From contig QKGI01000074.1 of assembly GCA_003250475.1 (NCBI GenBank), positions 3,101 through 67,100 of the forward strand: a DNA stretch of 64,000 bases. The letters are read 5' to 3'. This document shows positions 18,042-28,413 of the stretch, piece by piece. Position 1 is the stretch's first letter. Each line of letters begins with the position of its first letter. The notes under the pieces were generated by a model. It was not told the origin of the DNA. It searched no databases and worked only from the letters and a program-made list of their open reading frames with translations. A program made the position numbers and the translations under genes. This DNA comes from Bacteroidota bacterium (GTDB lineage Bacteria > Bacteroidota > Bacteroidia > Bacteroidales > VadinHA17).

Positions 18042-20096
18042 ATGAAAAAGATTCTACTAACCGGAATAGTTGTATCAATGGGAATAGCACTAATAACATC
18101 GTGCGGGCAGACGGCAGACAAGCCAGCCCTTTCAGAGGAGTTTACCTATGAAGTAGACAGGTTTGAAGACATAAGTGTATTAAAATACAGGTTACCCGGC
18201 TTCGACAAATTGTCAGCCGGTGAGAAGGAATTCATATACTATCTTTCCGAGGCGGCCTTATGCGGGCGTGACATACTGTGGGATCAGAATTTCAGATATA
18301 ATCTTCTTATCAGGAAGACAATCGAAGCCGTTATGGCTTCATATGCCGGTGACCGTGATACTGATGAGTTTAAGGCTTTCATTACGTATGCGAAGAGGGT
18401 CTTTTTTGCAAACGGTATTCATCACCATTACTCTAATGATAAGTTTATCCCCGGTTTTTCAGAAGAATATTTCCTTCAGCTTGTCAGCGGCAGTGATGGC
18501 TCACTACTGCCTTTGAAGGAGGGTGAGACAGCAGGGGGACTGGCTTCCATGCTGGCACCGATCCTTTTTGATCCGTCTCTGTATGCAAAAAAGGTTGACC
18601 AGTCGGAGGGAGTTGATATGATAGTCTCATCTGCAAATAACTTTTATGAGGGGGTCACCCAGGCTGAAGTTGAAGCATATTACCTTTCTCTGTCCGACCC
18701 TTCTGACCCCCGGCCACTGTCATGGGGGTTGAATACCAAAGTTGTGAAAAAAGACGGGAAGGTGGTGGAGATACCCTATCGCAGCGGAGGCCTGTATGGC
18801 CCGGCGATAGACCAGATAGTAATGTGGCTCGAAAAAGCCCGTGATGTAGCGTTGAGTGAGAGCCAGAAGAAAGAACTGGAACTGCTCATCAGTTTTTATA
18901 AGACAGGCGATCTGAAGACCTGGGATGAGTATAATGTTATGTGGGCGGAAAATACGAGTCTCCCGGTGGATTATATAAACGGATTCATTGAAACATACGG
19001 TGACCCGCTGGGTCTTAAGGCCACCTGGGAGGGTGTCGTTGATTATAAGGATGTTGAGGCATCCAGGAGGACGGCCATTATCACAGGAAATGCACAGTGG
19101 TTTGAGGATAACTCTCCCATTGACCCGCAATACCGCAAGGAGAAGGTCAAAGGAGTGGCAGCCAGCGTAATAAATGTTGCCATGCTTGGAGGGGACTGTT
19201 ATCCGGCATCGCCTCTGGGTATCAACCTCCCGAACTCGAACTGGATAAGAACCGAAGCCGGATCGAAGTCGGTCACCCTGGCCAACATTACAGATGCGAA
19301 AGATATTGTGTCAAGAGGCAGTGGGTTCCTGGAAGAGTTTGCATATGACCAGGCTGAAATTGACAGAGCCGTGAAGTGGGCTTCACTGTCTGATGCCCTG
19401 CATACTGATTTGCATGAATGTATTGGCCATGCCAGCGGTAAGCTGGCTCCGGGAACCGATCCTAATGCTCTTAAAAACTATGCCTCACCCCTTGAGGAGA
19501 TGAGGGCTGACCTGTTTGCCCTATATTATATGATGGATCCTAAAATGACAGAATTAGGGCTTATGCCTTCCGGGGAAACTGCCAAAGCGGGTTATGACAA
19601 TTACATCCGTAACGGTCTCCTTACCCAGATAGTCAGGATCAGACCCGGCAAGGATATTGAACAGGCGCACATGAGATGCCGTTCAACAATTGCACACTGG
19701 GTTTTTGAAAAGGGGTTTGCTGACAATGTGATAGAGGTGGTGAAGCGCGAAGGGAAAACCTTTGCAACGATCACCGACTACCAGAAACTCAGGATTCTTT
19801 TCGGGCAGATGCTTAAAGAGGTGCAGAGAATAAAGTCTGAGGGTGATTTCGAAGCAGGAAAGAATATGATTGAAAATTATGGCGTAAAGATTGACAAGGA
19901 TTTGCATATGGAGATGCTTGCGAGGTACGAGAAACTCAACCTTGCTCCCTACAGCGGTTTTGTCAATCCGGTAATGACTCCGGTAACCGGCAAAAAAGGA
20001 AAGATCACCGATGTTCACATAGAATATTGCTCAGATTACCTGGACCAGATGCTGGAATACGGCAAAAAGTATTCCTTCCTTCCTGTAGTGCATTGA
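18042..20096 (+). CDS. Dipeptidyl peptidase III (peptidase M49), lipoprotein
   Basis: Lipobox LITSC; HECIGH zinc hexapeptide; EEMRADL; GINLPN. Confidence 0.93.
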   Translation: MKKILLTGIVVSMGIALITSCGQTADKPALSEEFTYEVDRFEDISVLKYRLPGFDKLSAGEKEFIYYLSEAALCGRDILWDQNFRYNLLIRKTIEAVMASYAGDRDTDEFKAFITYAKRVFFANGIHHHYSNDKFIPGFSEEYFLQLVSGSDGSLLPLKEGETAGGLASMLAPILFDPSLYAKKVDQSEGVDMIVSSANNFYEGVTQAEVEAYYLSLSDPSDPRPLSWGLNTKVVKKDGKVVEIPYRSGGLYGPAIDQIVMWLEKARDVALSESQKKELELLISFYKTGDLKTWDEYNVMWAENTSLPVDYINGFIETYGDPLGLKATWEGVVDYKDVEASRRTAIITGNAQWFEDNSPIDPQYRKEKVKGVAASVINVAMLGGDCYPASPLGINLPNSNWIRTEAGSKSVTLANITDAKDIVSRGSGFLEEFAYDQAEIDRAVKWASLSDALHTDLHECIGHASGKLAPGTDPNALKNYASPLEEMRADLFALYYMMDPKMTELGLMPSGETAKAGYDNYIRNGLLTQIVRIRPGKDIEQAHMRCRSTIAHWVFEKGFADNVIEVVKREGKTFATITDYQKLRILFGQMLKEVQRIKSEGDFEAGKNMIENYGVKIDKDLHMEMLARYEKLNLAPYSGFVNPVMTPVTGKKGKITDVHIEYCSDYLDQMLEYGKKYSFLPVVH

Positions 20097-20114
20097 GGAT
20101 AATTAAAAGTGTCT

Positions 20115-20552
20115 TTACTTTCTTAATTTCAGGGCCTCCTCATATAATATCCTGTCTTCTTTGGTCAGGGGCCTGGTTTCAAGGTAATGAGGCATGGAGT
20201 GTGTCTCGTCGTCAACGTGGATGAATGTGATGAAACCATCGACCATGGGTTTTGTGCTTCCTGATCTGGTGACTGAGACATATGCCACAAGGCTTGAGGT
20301 ACCGGTAAAGACTATTTTCGAGTCGAATTTAAGAACCTCACCAGGTCTGGCAGGAGTTGTAAAGTGCATGCCGTGGATCTTCAGGCATACTACATTCTTG
20401 GGATCAAGCAGGGTGGTGGCTGCGATGAACCCTGACTCAACGAACCATTCGGCCGTACGACCGGCAAAAAGAGTACCGTGATGATTCAGATCCTCACTCT
20501 TCACAAGACGCATGGTAATATTTGAAACCGGGTGATGTATCCTTTTAGTCAT
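20115..20552 (-). CDS. Acyl-CoA thioesterase (hotdog fold)
   Basis: DLNHHGTLFAG, GTSSL, FITFIHVD. Confidence 0.85.
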   Translation of the reverse strand: MTKRIHHPVSNITMRLVKSEDLNHHGTLFAGRTAEWFVESGFIAATTLLDPKNVVCLKIHGMHFTTPARPGEVLKFDSKIVFTGTSSLVAYVSVTRSGSTKPMVDGFITFIHVDDETHSMPHYLETRPLTKEDRILYEEALKLRK

Positions 20553-21744
20553 AGTATTTCTTGTTCATTCGTTCAGTTCTTCTGTTCTCTTTTGTAATGA
20601 GGTAAACCAGGTATATTGAAGTGATAATCAGGAGGCCGATAATGACATACTTAACAAGAAGGGAGAAATCGATGCCTTCAGAAACATGCCCTGGTGTTCC
20701 TGTAGAATGACCTACGTCTATCCCGAAAAGGTTTCTGACGATAAACAGCAGGAGGAAAGCTGACAATCCCGCTGCCACAGGTGTTGTTATCCACCCGGAG
20801 GCTATGCTTCCAAGTACCTTCACGTTGATGTTCCTTACCCCTTTGTACAAACCTATGCCCACGACCGCTCCAACGACCACCTGGGTACTTGAGACCGGAA
20901 CCAGTGGTATCGGAGGGAGTCCCAGCCTGACCATAAACGCAGAGAGCCATGTTGATGAGAAGATGAACAGAACGAGAGCCTGTGACATCACTACTACAAA
21001 TGCAGCTTCAGAAGAGAGTTCCAGGAGACTGCTGCCCACGGTCTCCATGACTTTCTTTGAATATGTCAGTATCCCGGCAGCAATTGCTATTGCACCGATG
21101 AAAAACAGCTGCTGCGCCCCGCTCAGGGTAAACAGTCCGAAGTTCGCTTCCTGCAGGGGTATGCTTGGTACGAACACTCCCATTACGTTGGCTATATTAT
21201 TGGCACCCAGGCTATAAGCACCAAATGCACCGGCAATCATAAGCCCAACCCTGAGATAGGACTCATATTTAAGCAGGTGCACCTTTATTCTTCTCCTGGT
21301 GACCTTTACAAGATGGTAGAGAGCATAAGCAAAGATTGCCCCCAGCACAGGACCGGTGATCCATGTTGCCACAATCTGTAACAGTGCACCGGTGTCAACA
21401 GCATTGGCGGTAAAAAAATTCCAGCCGATGATTGCTCCAACAATTGCCTGGGTGGTAGAGACCGGCAAGCCTGCTTTTGTCATGAAAAAAACAGTCAGAC
21501 CTGCTGCTAATGCCACGGTAAATGCCCCACCTACGGCATTCACACTGCCCAGTTGTCCCAGGGTATCAGATGCTCCGGAGCCCTGTATCACTGCACCGAG
21601 GATGACAAAGACAGAAGCAATCACGGCGGCCCTGGTGAAGGATATCATCCTTGATCCTACCGCGGATCCGAACACATTGGCAGCATCATTGGCGCCAAGA
21701 GTCCACCCGAGAAAAAGGCCACTGGTAAGAAAAAGGAAGATCAT
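20545..21744 (-). CDS. Inorganic phosphate transporter (PiT family)
   Basis: GANDAAN and GANNIAN signatures; LPVSTTQ and PVSSTQ. Confidence 0.93.
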   Translation of the reverse strand: MIFLFLTSGLFLGWTLGANDAANVFGSAVGSRMISFTRAAVIASVFVILGAVIQGSGASDTLGQLGSVNAVGGAFTVALAAGLTVFFMTKAGLPVSTTQAIVGAIIGWNFFTANAVDTGALLQIVATWITGPVLGAIFAYALYHLVKVTRRRIKVHLLKYESYLRVGLMIAGAFGAYSLGANNIANVMGVFVPSIPLQEANFGLFTLSGAQQLFFIGAIAIAAGILTYSKKVMETVGSSLLELSSEAAFVVVMSQALVLFIFSSTWLSAFMVRLGLPPIPLVPVSSTQVVVGAVVGIGLYKGVRNINVKVLGSIASGWITTPVAAGLSAFLLLFIVRNLFGIDVGHSTGTPGHVSEGIDFSLLVKYVIIGLLIITSIYLVYLITKENRRTERMNKKYYD

Positions 21745-21746
21745 GA

Positions 21747-22397
21747 TCAGAGCATTTGCCTTATAGACATCGAAGCAAGCAGGTCAGCTGCTGCCTGGGC
21801 AGAGTCGGATATATTCTCAATATGATGAATAATGTATCTGATATGAGCTTTCTCTGCCAGCGACAGTTCATTCATCTCATGAAAAACCTTTTTCTTTAAC
21901 TGAAATGCCGCCTTATCTGTCTCTCTCTCAAAGAAGTAGACCTTGATAAGCTTTTCACGGACGAGATGAGGTTCCCTGAAGAATGTTCTGGCAGCTGGTA
22001 TAAGCTCTTCGGCGGCATTTCCGGATACTTCCGCCAGTGATATGAACTCGTCTACCAGAGGTGAAGGTACATGAGGTATCTCAATATAAAACTCATTGAG
22101 GGACTTTTTGGCGGTGTCAATAATCTCATCAAGCTGCCAGAGCAGCTTTACCATCTCGCTCCTCTGCTGCGGGAGTATTGAGTGAACGATCATGTCATTT
22201 TCTATGCTCCTCTGCAGTTTGTCAGCTTTGCCCTCCATATCATCGATCTTTGCCAGATGATTCTGGAAGGCATTTTTATCACCTTTGGCATAGGCCTTGA
22301 CACCCTCCTTGAAAATAAGTATGCCTATTTCGATAGTGTCAAAAAACTCATCAATTCTTACTGTCAGTTCTCTTGTTGTACGGGTGAAAAGCGACAT
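21747..22397 (-). CDS. DUF47 family phosphate transport regulator (PhoU-like)
   Basis: EGKAD and ERETD repeats, ENISD; directly upstream of PiT; TATATTTG at 22423-22430 (minus). Confidence 0.88.
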   Translation of the reverse strand: MSLFTRTTRELTVRIDEFFDTIEIGILIFKEGVKAYAKGDKNAFQNHLAKIDDMEGKADKLQRSIENDMIVHSILPQQRSEMVKLLWQLDEIIDTAKKSLNEFYIEIPHVPSPLVDEFISLAEVSGNAAEELIPAARTFFREPHLVREKLIKVYFFERETDKAAFQLKKKVFHEMNELSLAEKAHIRYIIHHIENISDSAQAAADLLASMSIRQML

Positions 22398-22457
22398 ATT
22401 CCATGTTTGGTGTTGGTTAAGACAAATATATTAAGAAAAGAATTGCGCTTCAAAGGT

Positions 22458-23822
22458 TCAGAAATCAATAATTCTTTCTATACGGTGATTTTTAAGATAA
22501 CCCTTGATTATCACCTGTATGTCCCTGTTATCTGTTGCTGTCCGGATACACTCGTGAACAGCTGTCAGCCCGAATCCTACATCATTGATATTGAAGTAAC
22601 CGAAACCGGCATATTTCCCGTTTACGATCTTCACCGCAGACCGTTCTTCGTTATCACGGCCCCTGTCAATAATGAAGAAGTTTCTCTCCCTGAAGATAAA
22701 TTCGTCGAGTGCCATCAAAGCCCTCTCGTTGTATGATCCGGGCTCTTCTTCACCGCAGCAGGCTCCGCGGCACATACTTACCTGCCTGTGAAAACATGGA
22801 CCGTCAGTATCATACATGCCGCACAGTTTCTGGCACAGTCCGTAGTTATTGATTATCTGCTCCAGCTTGCTCCTTGCCCTGTCACGGGATGTGAAGAGCG
22901 ACAGCGGCACCTCATCGTCATTGACGTTACGGTATTCGAACCTTATATAGCCCTTGTCGTCTGTCCGACTGTAAATCCCCCAGCGGAAACCTGTTCTACG
23001 TTGTGCCCTGTTGAACAGAGGCTTGTTCTTTTTTATCTCAGCCGACTCGAGAAGCAGTGCTATCAGTTCACTGCCGGTGATCTCCCAGCTTATGTCAGCG
23101 ATCATGGAACGCATCTCCATCTCCCTGCCAGAGGTGTTGTTGGAGAGGTGACTGTTTATCCGCTGGTTCAGGTTACAGCTTTTACCAATATATATTATTT
23201 CGCCCTTCTCATCATGAAAATAATAGATGCCCGGATCTTCAGGTATGTCGGCCAGTTTGAGAAGATCAAGGGCAGGGTTCAACCGTGCGGCTTTCCTGTT
23301 CTTAATGAGGCTGCCCGTCTTAAGAGCCTTGTCTTTTTCAAGGAGTAACTCCAGCAACCTTACAGTGGCCAGGGCATCACCAGAAGCCCTGTGCCTTCCC
23401 GTGATCACTATACCCAGGTCGTTACACAGGTTGCCCAGGCTGTAGGAACGGTGACCGGGAAGCAGCCGTCTGCTCAGGGCCACTGTATCGAGAACTGTCC
23501 TTTTAAAATTGTACCCGAGCAGGCTGAATTCCTGTCTTATAAAGGCATAGTCAAATCTTGCGTTGTGAGCAACAAAGATATTTCCTTCAGTAAGTTCCAC
23601 TATCTTACGGGCTACCTCATAGAATTTAGGGGCATCCTCAACCATCTCATTGGTAATACCTGTTAACGAGGTTATAAAATAGGGGATATTGCGCTCAGGA
23701 TTGATTAACGTGGTGTATTCATCGATAATCCGTCTGCCGTCATGAATATATACGGCAATCTCGGTAATCTTCTCAAGCCTGGCACTCCCTCCGGTAGTCT
23801 CTATGTCAACAACAGCGTACAT
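22458..23822 (-). CDS. DEDDh 3'-5' exonuclease (Pol III epsilon-like) fused to GIY-YIG (UvrC N-terminal/Cho-like) nuclease
   Basis: VVDIETTG, VAHNARFD, HRASGDA; PGIYYF...IYIGKS..L..RI..H; ALLLES. Confidence 0.92.
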   Translation of the reverse strand: MYAVVDIETTGGSARLEKITEIAVYIHDGRRIIDEYTTLINPERNIPYFITSLTGITNEMVEDAPKFYEVARKIVELTEGNIFVAHNARFDYAFIRQEFSLLGYNFKRTVLDTVALSRRLLPGHRSYSLGNLCNDLGIVITGRHRASGDALATVRLLELLLEKDKALKTGSLIKNRKAARLNPALDLLKLADIPEDPGIYYFHDEKGEIIYIGKSCNLNQRINSHLSNNTSGREMEMRSMIADISWEITGSELIALLLESAEIKKNKPLFNRAQRRTGFRWGIYSRTDDKGYIRFEYRNVNDDEVPLSLFTSRDRARSKLEQIINNYGLCQKLCGMYDTDGPCFHRQVSMCRGACCGEEEPGSYNERALMALDEFIFRERNFFIIDRGRDNEERSAVKIVNGKYAGFGYFNINDVGFGLTAVHECIRTATDNRDIQVIIKGYLKNHRIERIIDF

Positions 23823-23898
23823 CCCTGCAGGAGCACTAAGATAATTACTTTTAACGCTACAGCGAATTATTCATAAATTTGCCCGGAAATGAATTACC

Positions 23899-24735
23899 AT
23901 GGGTTGCAGCGGTAAATACATCTATGCAGACGGTAATATCCTGCCTGCCGGTCATGATGAAGAGACCACACCAGGAGATGTATCGTTCTATGAAGTGATA
24001 AGGACCAGCAATGGCATTCCTCTCTTTTTTGACGACCACATGGAGCGGTTGAGCCGGGGGATATCCGCAAAATACAATATTGGCAATGATATCTCAGCCG
24101 AGGTAAGGAGGGGACTGGAGGCTATTCTCAGGAAAGAGTTCTTCTCTGAAATGAACATAAGGGTGACGGTCACCTTTTCGGGAAAGAGCTACTCATTACG
24201 CGTGTGTTACATTGAATCAGCCTACCCGGACGAAGAGATGATTAGTGAAGGTGTCAGCCTGGTCTTCTTTGATGCTGAACGATTTGATCCTGAAATAAAG
24301 ATGTTGAACAACAGCATCCGCCAGACGGTCAGGGAGAAACTGGCAAGGGAAAAAGCATATGAGGCCTTACTGGTGAACCATGAGGGTTTCATAACCGAGG
24401 GCAGCAGGTCTAATGTCTTCTTTGTCTCAAGGGAGGGGACCATTCATACTGCCCCTGACAGTATGGTTCTTTCGGGCATAACACGGAAATATGTGACCGA
24501 AATAATCAGAAAAGAGGGTTTGAGGATAATATATGAGCCTGTCAGGAAAGATGAAACAGGCCTTTACAGGTCGGCTTTTATCACAGGCACTTCACCAATG
24601 GTTCTTCCTGTCAGGAATATTGAAGGGAAGGAGTTTGAGGCCCATGATCCACTCATTATTAACCTGAGGAGAATGTACAGGGAGCTGGCTGATCAGAGCA
24701 TAAGGAGTTATAAGGCGGGTAAAAAAGAAGATTAA
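23899..24735 (+). CDS. Aminotransferase class IV (branched-chain/ADC lyase/D-amino acid family)
   Basis: YEVIR, HMERL, PLP Lys in EIKML, EGSRSN, LSGITR; TAAATTTG at 23874-23881. Confidence 0.9.
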   Translation: MGCSGKYIYADGNILPAGHDEETTPGDVSFYEVIRTSNGIPLFFDDHMERLSRGISAKYNIGNDISAEVRRGLEAILRKEFFSEMNIRVTVTFSGKSYSLRVCYIESAYPDEEMISEGVSLVFFDAERFDPEIKMLNNSIRQTVREKLAREKAYEALLVNHEGFITEGSRSNVFFVSREGTIHTAPDSMVLSGITRKYVTEIIRKEGLRIIYEPVRKDETGLYRSAFITGTSPMVLPVRNIEGKEFEAHDPLIINLRRMYRELADQSIRSYKAGKKED

Positions 24736-24764
24736 TCTGTATCTTTGCAAAAAAAGGACAACTA

Positions 24765-25052
24765 ATGGCAAGTATAAAAGACCTTAAGAAGGATATCGAT
24801 TATCTCTTTTTCGAGCTTATCTCCGATTGCTTCATGTTCACAAGCCTTCATGAAGGCCAGAAAAAAACTGCAGCCCAGGATCTGATAGAGGAGGCTGTCA
24901 GCATGCGCAATGAGTTCATTGACAGGGTTAATAATCCTGACGGCAAGGACAATCCGGTCCTTGTCAAGGCTTATTACAATACACTCCGGAAGGATCTTTT
25001 CGAAAAGGTGGACAGCTATTTTGAAAGGTTAAGCCAGATCACAAAGTCGTAA
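24765..25052 (+). CDS. Conserved small Bacteroidales hypothetical protein
   Basis: MASIKDLKKDI start, helical 95 aa; own TATCTTTG element at 24740-24747. Confidence 0.8.
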   Translation: MASIKDLKKDIDYLFFELISDCFMFTSLHEGQKKTAAQDLIEEAVSMRNEFIDRVNNPDGKDNPVLVKAYYNTLRKDLFEKVDSYFERLSQITKS

Positions 25053-25196
25053 CAGGATCGGACTGTCTGTCCCCGGCTGGCCGCATATAAGGCCTGTGAA
25101 CGGATGTTGTCCCGCTGGTTCAGCTATGGTCTTGCCAGACTTTACCCGGACTACCTGCGACATCTGGGCTATAAATACAATTGTTGTAAACCCCGC

Positions 25197-25301
25197 AAGA
25201 CCTTCAGCCCTCAGACCTTCCGACTTCAGACCTTCCGACTCCAGACCTTCCGACCCCAGACCTTCAAACTCCAGACCTTCAGACTCCAGACCTTCAGACC
25301 T
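25197..25301. repeat. Tandem repeat, 7 x 15 bp (consensus CAGACCTTC[AC]GACTC)
   Basis: Units start at 25197, 25212, 25227, 25242, 25257, 25272 and 25287. The array ends at the base adjacent to the amrS stop codon. Confidence 0.95.
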
Positions 25302-26321
25302 TTATATCCACTCCAAAATCTCTTCACCGCACGTACTACAGCGCCCTTCATCTGTCAGACCATCAGTTCTTACCTGATAACCTGACCGCTTGATAACTAC
25401 AGTTTTGCATCCGGGGCAAACTGTGTCACTGCCGGCTGCTGAAGAGGGCATATTACCTGTATAGACAAAACTCAGGAACTCCTCTGCTGTCTCTTTTAGT
25501 CTTAGTACAGTATCTGCAGGTGTTTGAGGATCATTTCGCTTATACATCGGGAAATACCTGCTGAGGTGCAGCGGAACTCCTGCTCCTGCATTTTCAGCGA
25601 TCCACTCAGCTTCCCGTCTCATTTCATCCGGTGAATCATTTAACCCGGGAAGTATCAGTGTGGTGATCTCCAGATGCCTGCCGGATGATGCGATTGTTTT
25701 GATTGCATCCAGGACAGGTTTGAGGGTAGCTCCTGTGTAACGCCTGTAAAACTCATTGCTGAACCCTTTGAGATCTACGTTGAAAGCATCAGTTACCCGC
25801 AACAGCTCAACAAGTGGCGCATGGTTTATATATCCGTTGGTAACCATTACATTCCTGAGTCCATGGGTAGAAGCAAGCCTGGAGCAGTCTTTGACATATT
25901 CGTACCATATCACAGGCTCATTGTAGGTGTAAGCGATGCCCAGGTTGCCATGGGCCTTAAGGGCCTGTTTTATAAGTGCCTCCGGTGAAACGATATGAAT
26001 GCCGTTTGTCCCGACATGCTGAGATATATGGTAGTTCTGGCAGAAATCGCATGCAAGGTTACAGCCGTAAGATCCGACTGACAAAACTGAGGAGCCCGGG
26101 AAATAGTGATATAGTGGTTTCTTTTCGACAGGGTCAAGAGCCATCCCTGATATTATACCGTAGGTGACCAGGGATATCTTTCCGTCACGGTTCTCCCTGA
26201 CGCCACAGGTACCCCTGTTGCCTGGAGAGATCAGGCAGGAATGGGGGCAGACATTACATCTTACCCGTTCATCGCCTTCAGTACCGTCAGTCAGTCTCAT
26301 AGAACGCTGCCTTTTGAACAT
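25302..26321 (-). CDS. amrS: AmmeMemoRadiSam system radical SAM enzyme
   Basis: CNVCPHSC, GTCGVR, DPVEKKPLYH, CNLACDFCQN (CxxxCxxC), YTYNEP, LHLSRYFP, C-terminal CPGC...CSTC. Confidence 0.92.
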   Translation of the reverse strand: MFKRQRSMRLTDGTEGDERVRCNVCPHSCLISPGNRGTCGVRENRDGKISLVTYGIISGMALDPVEKKPLYHYFPGSSVLSVGSYGCNLACDFCQNYHISQHVGTNGIHIVSPEALIKQALKAHGNLGIAYTYNEPVIWYEYVKDCSRLASTHGLRNVMVTNGYINHAPLVELLRVTDAFNVDLKGFSNEFYRRYTGATLKPVLDAIKTIASSGRHLEITTLILPGLNDSPDEMRREAEWIAENAGAGVPLHLSRYFPMYKRNDPQTPADTVLRLKETAEEFLSFVYTGNMPSSAAGSDTVCPGCKTVVIKRSGYQVRTDGLTDEGRCSTCGEEILEWI

Positions 26322-26409
26322 TTAAAAATAATGTTATTTTTGCTTACCGGAAAACTGTGAGAAGCAGTTATCTGCAAGTTTCACCCAAAATATCGATAAA
26401 CCCAAACCA

Positions 26410-27261
26410 ATGACCACCAGAAGAGATTTCCTGAGGCGATCAGCACTCGCTGTGGCTGCCATGCCGTTGCTTAAAAGCAAGCTTTTTGCATTGTCACGCC
26501 CCTCGGAGAAGACTGGACTGGCTCTTTATACTATACGCGACGCAATGCTGAAGGATCCGGCCAAAACCCTGGCAGAAGCGGCGGCGACAGGATACAACTG
26601 GATTGAGGCGGCGGACCACAGCAACGGTAAATTCTACGGCCTGCTTCCCGGAGAGTTTGGCAGGCTTGTCAGGAAAACAGGTATGGTACCCGTAAGTTCC
26701 CATAGCTCAATGACACCGGACAACTATGAAAAGATGATAGGGGAGGCTGCTGATGCCGGCATGGAGTATATCATCCTTCCTTCCCTGCCTGATGAATGGA
26801 ACAGTTCAATTGACGGTTACCAGCGGGCAGCGGATTTCTTTAATAAGGCAGGAGAGAAGAGCAGGAAGGAAGGGATAAAGTTCGGTTTTCACAACCATCA
26901 GGAAGAATTTAAGGAGATTAAAGGCAGAATACCCTATGATATCCTGCTCGAGAATTCTGACCCCAAACTCGTTATATTTGAAATTGACCTGGCGTGGATT
27001 AACGCTGCAGGGAAGGATCCGATCCATTATTTCAGGAAGTATCCGGGCCGGTTTGCGTTATGGCATTTAAAGGATCTTACCCCGGAAAAGAAGGATGCCA
27101 CCCTTGGGGAAGGGATCATCGACTTCAAACCCATTCTGGCAGAAGCTAAAACAGCAGGTATGAAATACTGGTTCGTGGAACAGGACTACTGCCGTACACA
27201 TACGCCGATGGAGAGCATAAGTATCAGCCGCACATATTATCTGAACAACCTGCTTAAATGA
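26410..27261 (+). CDS. Sugar phosphate isomerase/epimerase (xylose isomerase-like TIM barrel), Tat-exported
   Basis: TRRDFL, LYTIRD, FHNHQEEF, EIDLAW, HLKD, GEGIIDF, VEQD. Confidence 0.9.
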   Translation: MTTRRDFLRRSALAVAAMPLLKSKLFALSRPSEKTGLALYTIRDAMLKDPAKTLAEAAATGYNWIEAADHSNGKFYGLLPGEFGRLVRKTGMVPVSSHSSMTPDNYEKMIGEAADAGMEYIILPSLPDEWNSSIDGYQRAADFFNKAGEKSRKEGIKFGFHNHQEEFKEIKGRIPYDILLENSDPKLVIFEIDLAWINAAGKDPIHYFRKYPGRFALWHLKDLTPEKKDATLGEGIIDFKPILAEAKTAGMKYWFVEQDYCRTHTPMESISISRTYYLNNLLK

Positions 27262-27264
27262 TGC

Positions 27265-28413
27265 TCAGACAGTTTTTCTTGCCGAATTGCTGAGTCCCGA
27301 AGCGACAGCGGCTTCAAGAAATTTCATTCCCCTGACACCATCGTGTATTCCCGGATAGTCAGCTTTTATGTCTGCATGCCGCTCCTCTTGCCTTGCAATG
27401 ATATCAAGGGCAAAATTCCTGTAAATACTGGCAAATGCTTCAATGAATCCCTCCGGATGCCCGGCCGGGAGTCGTGAGTGCATTCTTCCTGCCAGGCCTG
27501 AGTCAGTAAACGTAGTACCCGTGCGAAACACTTCAGGAGGTCTGTCCGGCCACATTGCTGTCAGGGTATTGGGTTCCATCTGCCGCCATGACAGCCCGCC
27601 TTTCTCCCCGTAGATTCTTAACGACAGGTTATTCTCTTCCCCGGTGGCGATCTGGCTGGCAAGGAGGGTCCCGCCCGCGCCGTTGCTGAAATGAAGTATG
27701 ACACTGCCATCGTCATCGAGGACCCTGCCTGGCACCACAGAGTGCAGATCGGCAGACAATGTTACAACCTCGAGGCCGGAGACATATTCGGCGAGGTTAA
27801 AAGCATGAGTCCCGATGTCTGCCATCGCTCCTGCTATCCCTGCCCTGGCAGGGTCTGATCTCCATGAGGCCTGCCTGTTGCCACTCTTTTCAACAGGTGA
27901 TGCGAGCCAGCCCTGGAAGTATTCCACAGCCACCTTCCTTACATCACCGAGGGATCCTCCGAGAACCATCTCACGGGCAAGTTTAACCATCGGATAACCT
28001 GAGTAGTTATAAGTCGTACAAAACATCATTCCTGTACGCTCAACAGTATCATATAGATCGATGGCTTCTGCAACACTCATACAAAGAGGTTTGTCGCAGA
28101 TAACATGAAACCCTGCTTCCAGGGCCATTTTCGCGGGACCGTAATGCAGGTGGTTTGGTGTGACTATAGATATAAAATGTGGTCTTATCCCTTCCGGCTG
28201 CCTGCTTTCATTGCTTATCATCTCCTGCCAGGTGGGGTACAGGCGGGAACTGTCAATACCCTCTCTGGCTCCTGTTAAGGCCGTTATTGCAGGGTCACTG
28301 CTAAAGGCTGCCGTCACCAGCTCGGACAGTCCGTCAAGACGGGCTGCCATGCGGTGTACCGGGCCGATCATCGAGCCCTCTCCACCCCCAACCATTCCCA
28401 TTCTCAGTTTCAT
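27265..28413 (-). CDS. Gfo/Idh/MocA family oxidoreductase (cytoplasmic)
   Basis: MGMVGGG...[30 protein letters not shown]. Confidence 0.92.
   Translation of the reverse strand: MKLRMGMVGGGEGSMIGPVHRMAARLDGLSELVTAAFSSDPAITALTGAREGIDSSRLYPTWQEMISNESRQPEGIRPHFISIVTPNHLHYGPAKMALEAGFHVICDKPLCMSVAEAIDLYDTVERTGMMFCTTYNYSGYPMVKLAREMVLGGSLGDVRKVAVEYFQGWLASPVEKSGNRQASWRSDPARAGIAGAMADIGTHAFNLAEYVSGLEVVTLSADLHSVVPGRVLDDDGSVILHFSNGAGGTLLASQIATGEENNLSLRIYGEKGGLSWRQMEPNTLTAMWPDRPPEVFRTGTTFTDSGLAGRMHSRLPAGHPEGFIEAFASIYRNFALDIIARQEERHADIKADYPGIHDGVRGMKFLEAAVASGLSNSARKTV

Noticed and set aside
25197-25301. Possible CRISPR array
   Set aside because: Units are 15 bp and contiguous with no unique spacers, and there are no cas genes in the window
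25096-25385. ORFs encoding RPSD- and QTFRL-type peptide repeats
   Set aside because: They are translations of the 15-bp DNA repeat, have weak starts and overlap amrS on the opposite strand
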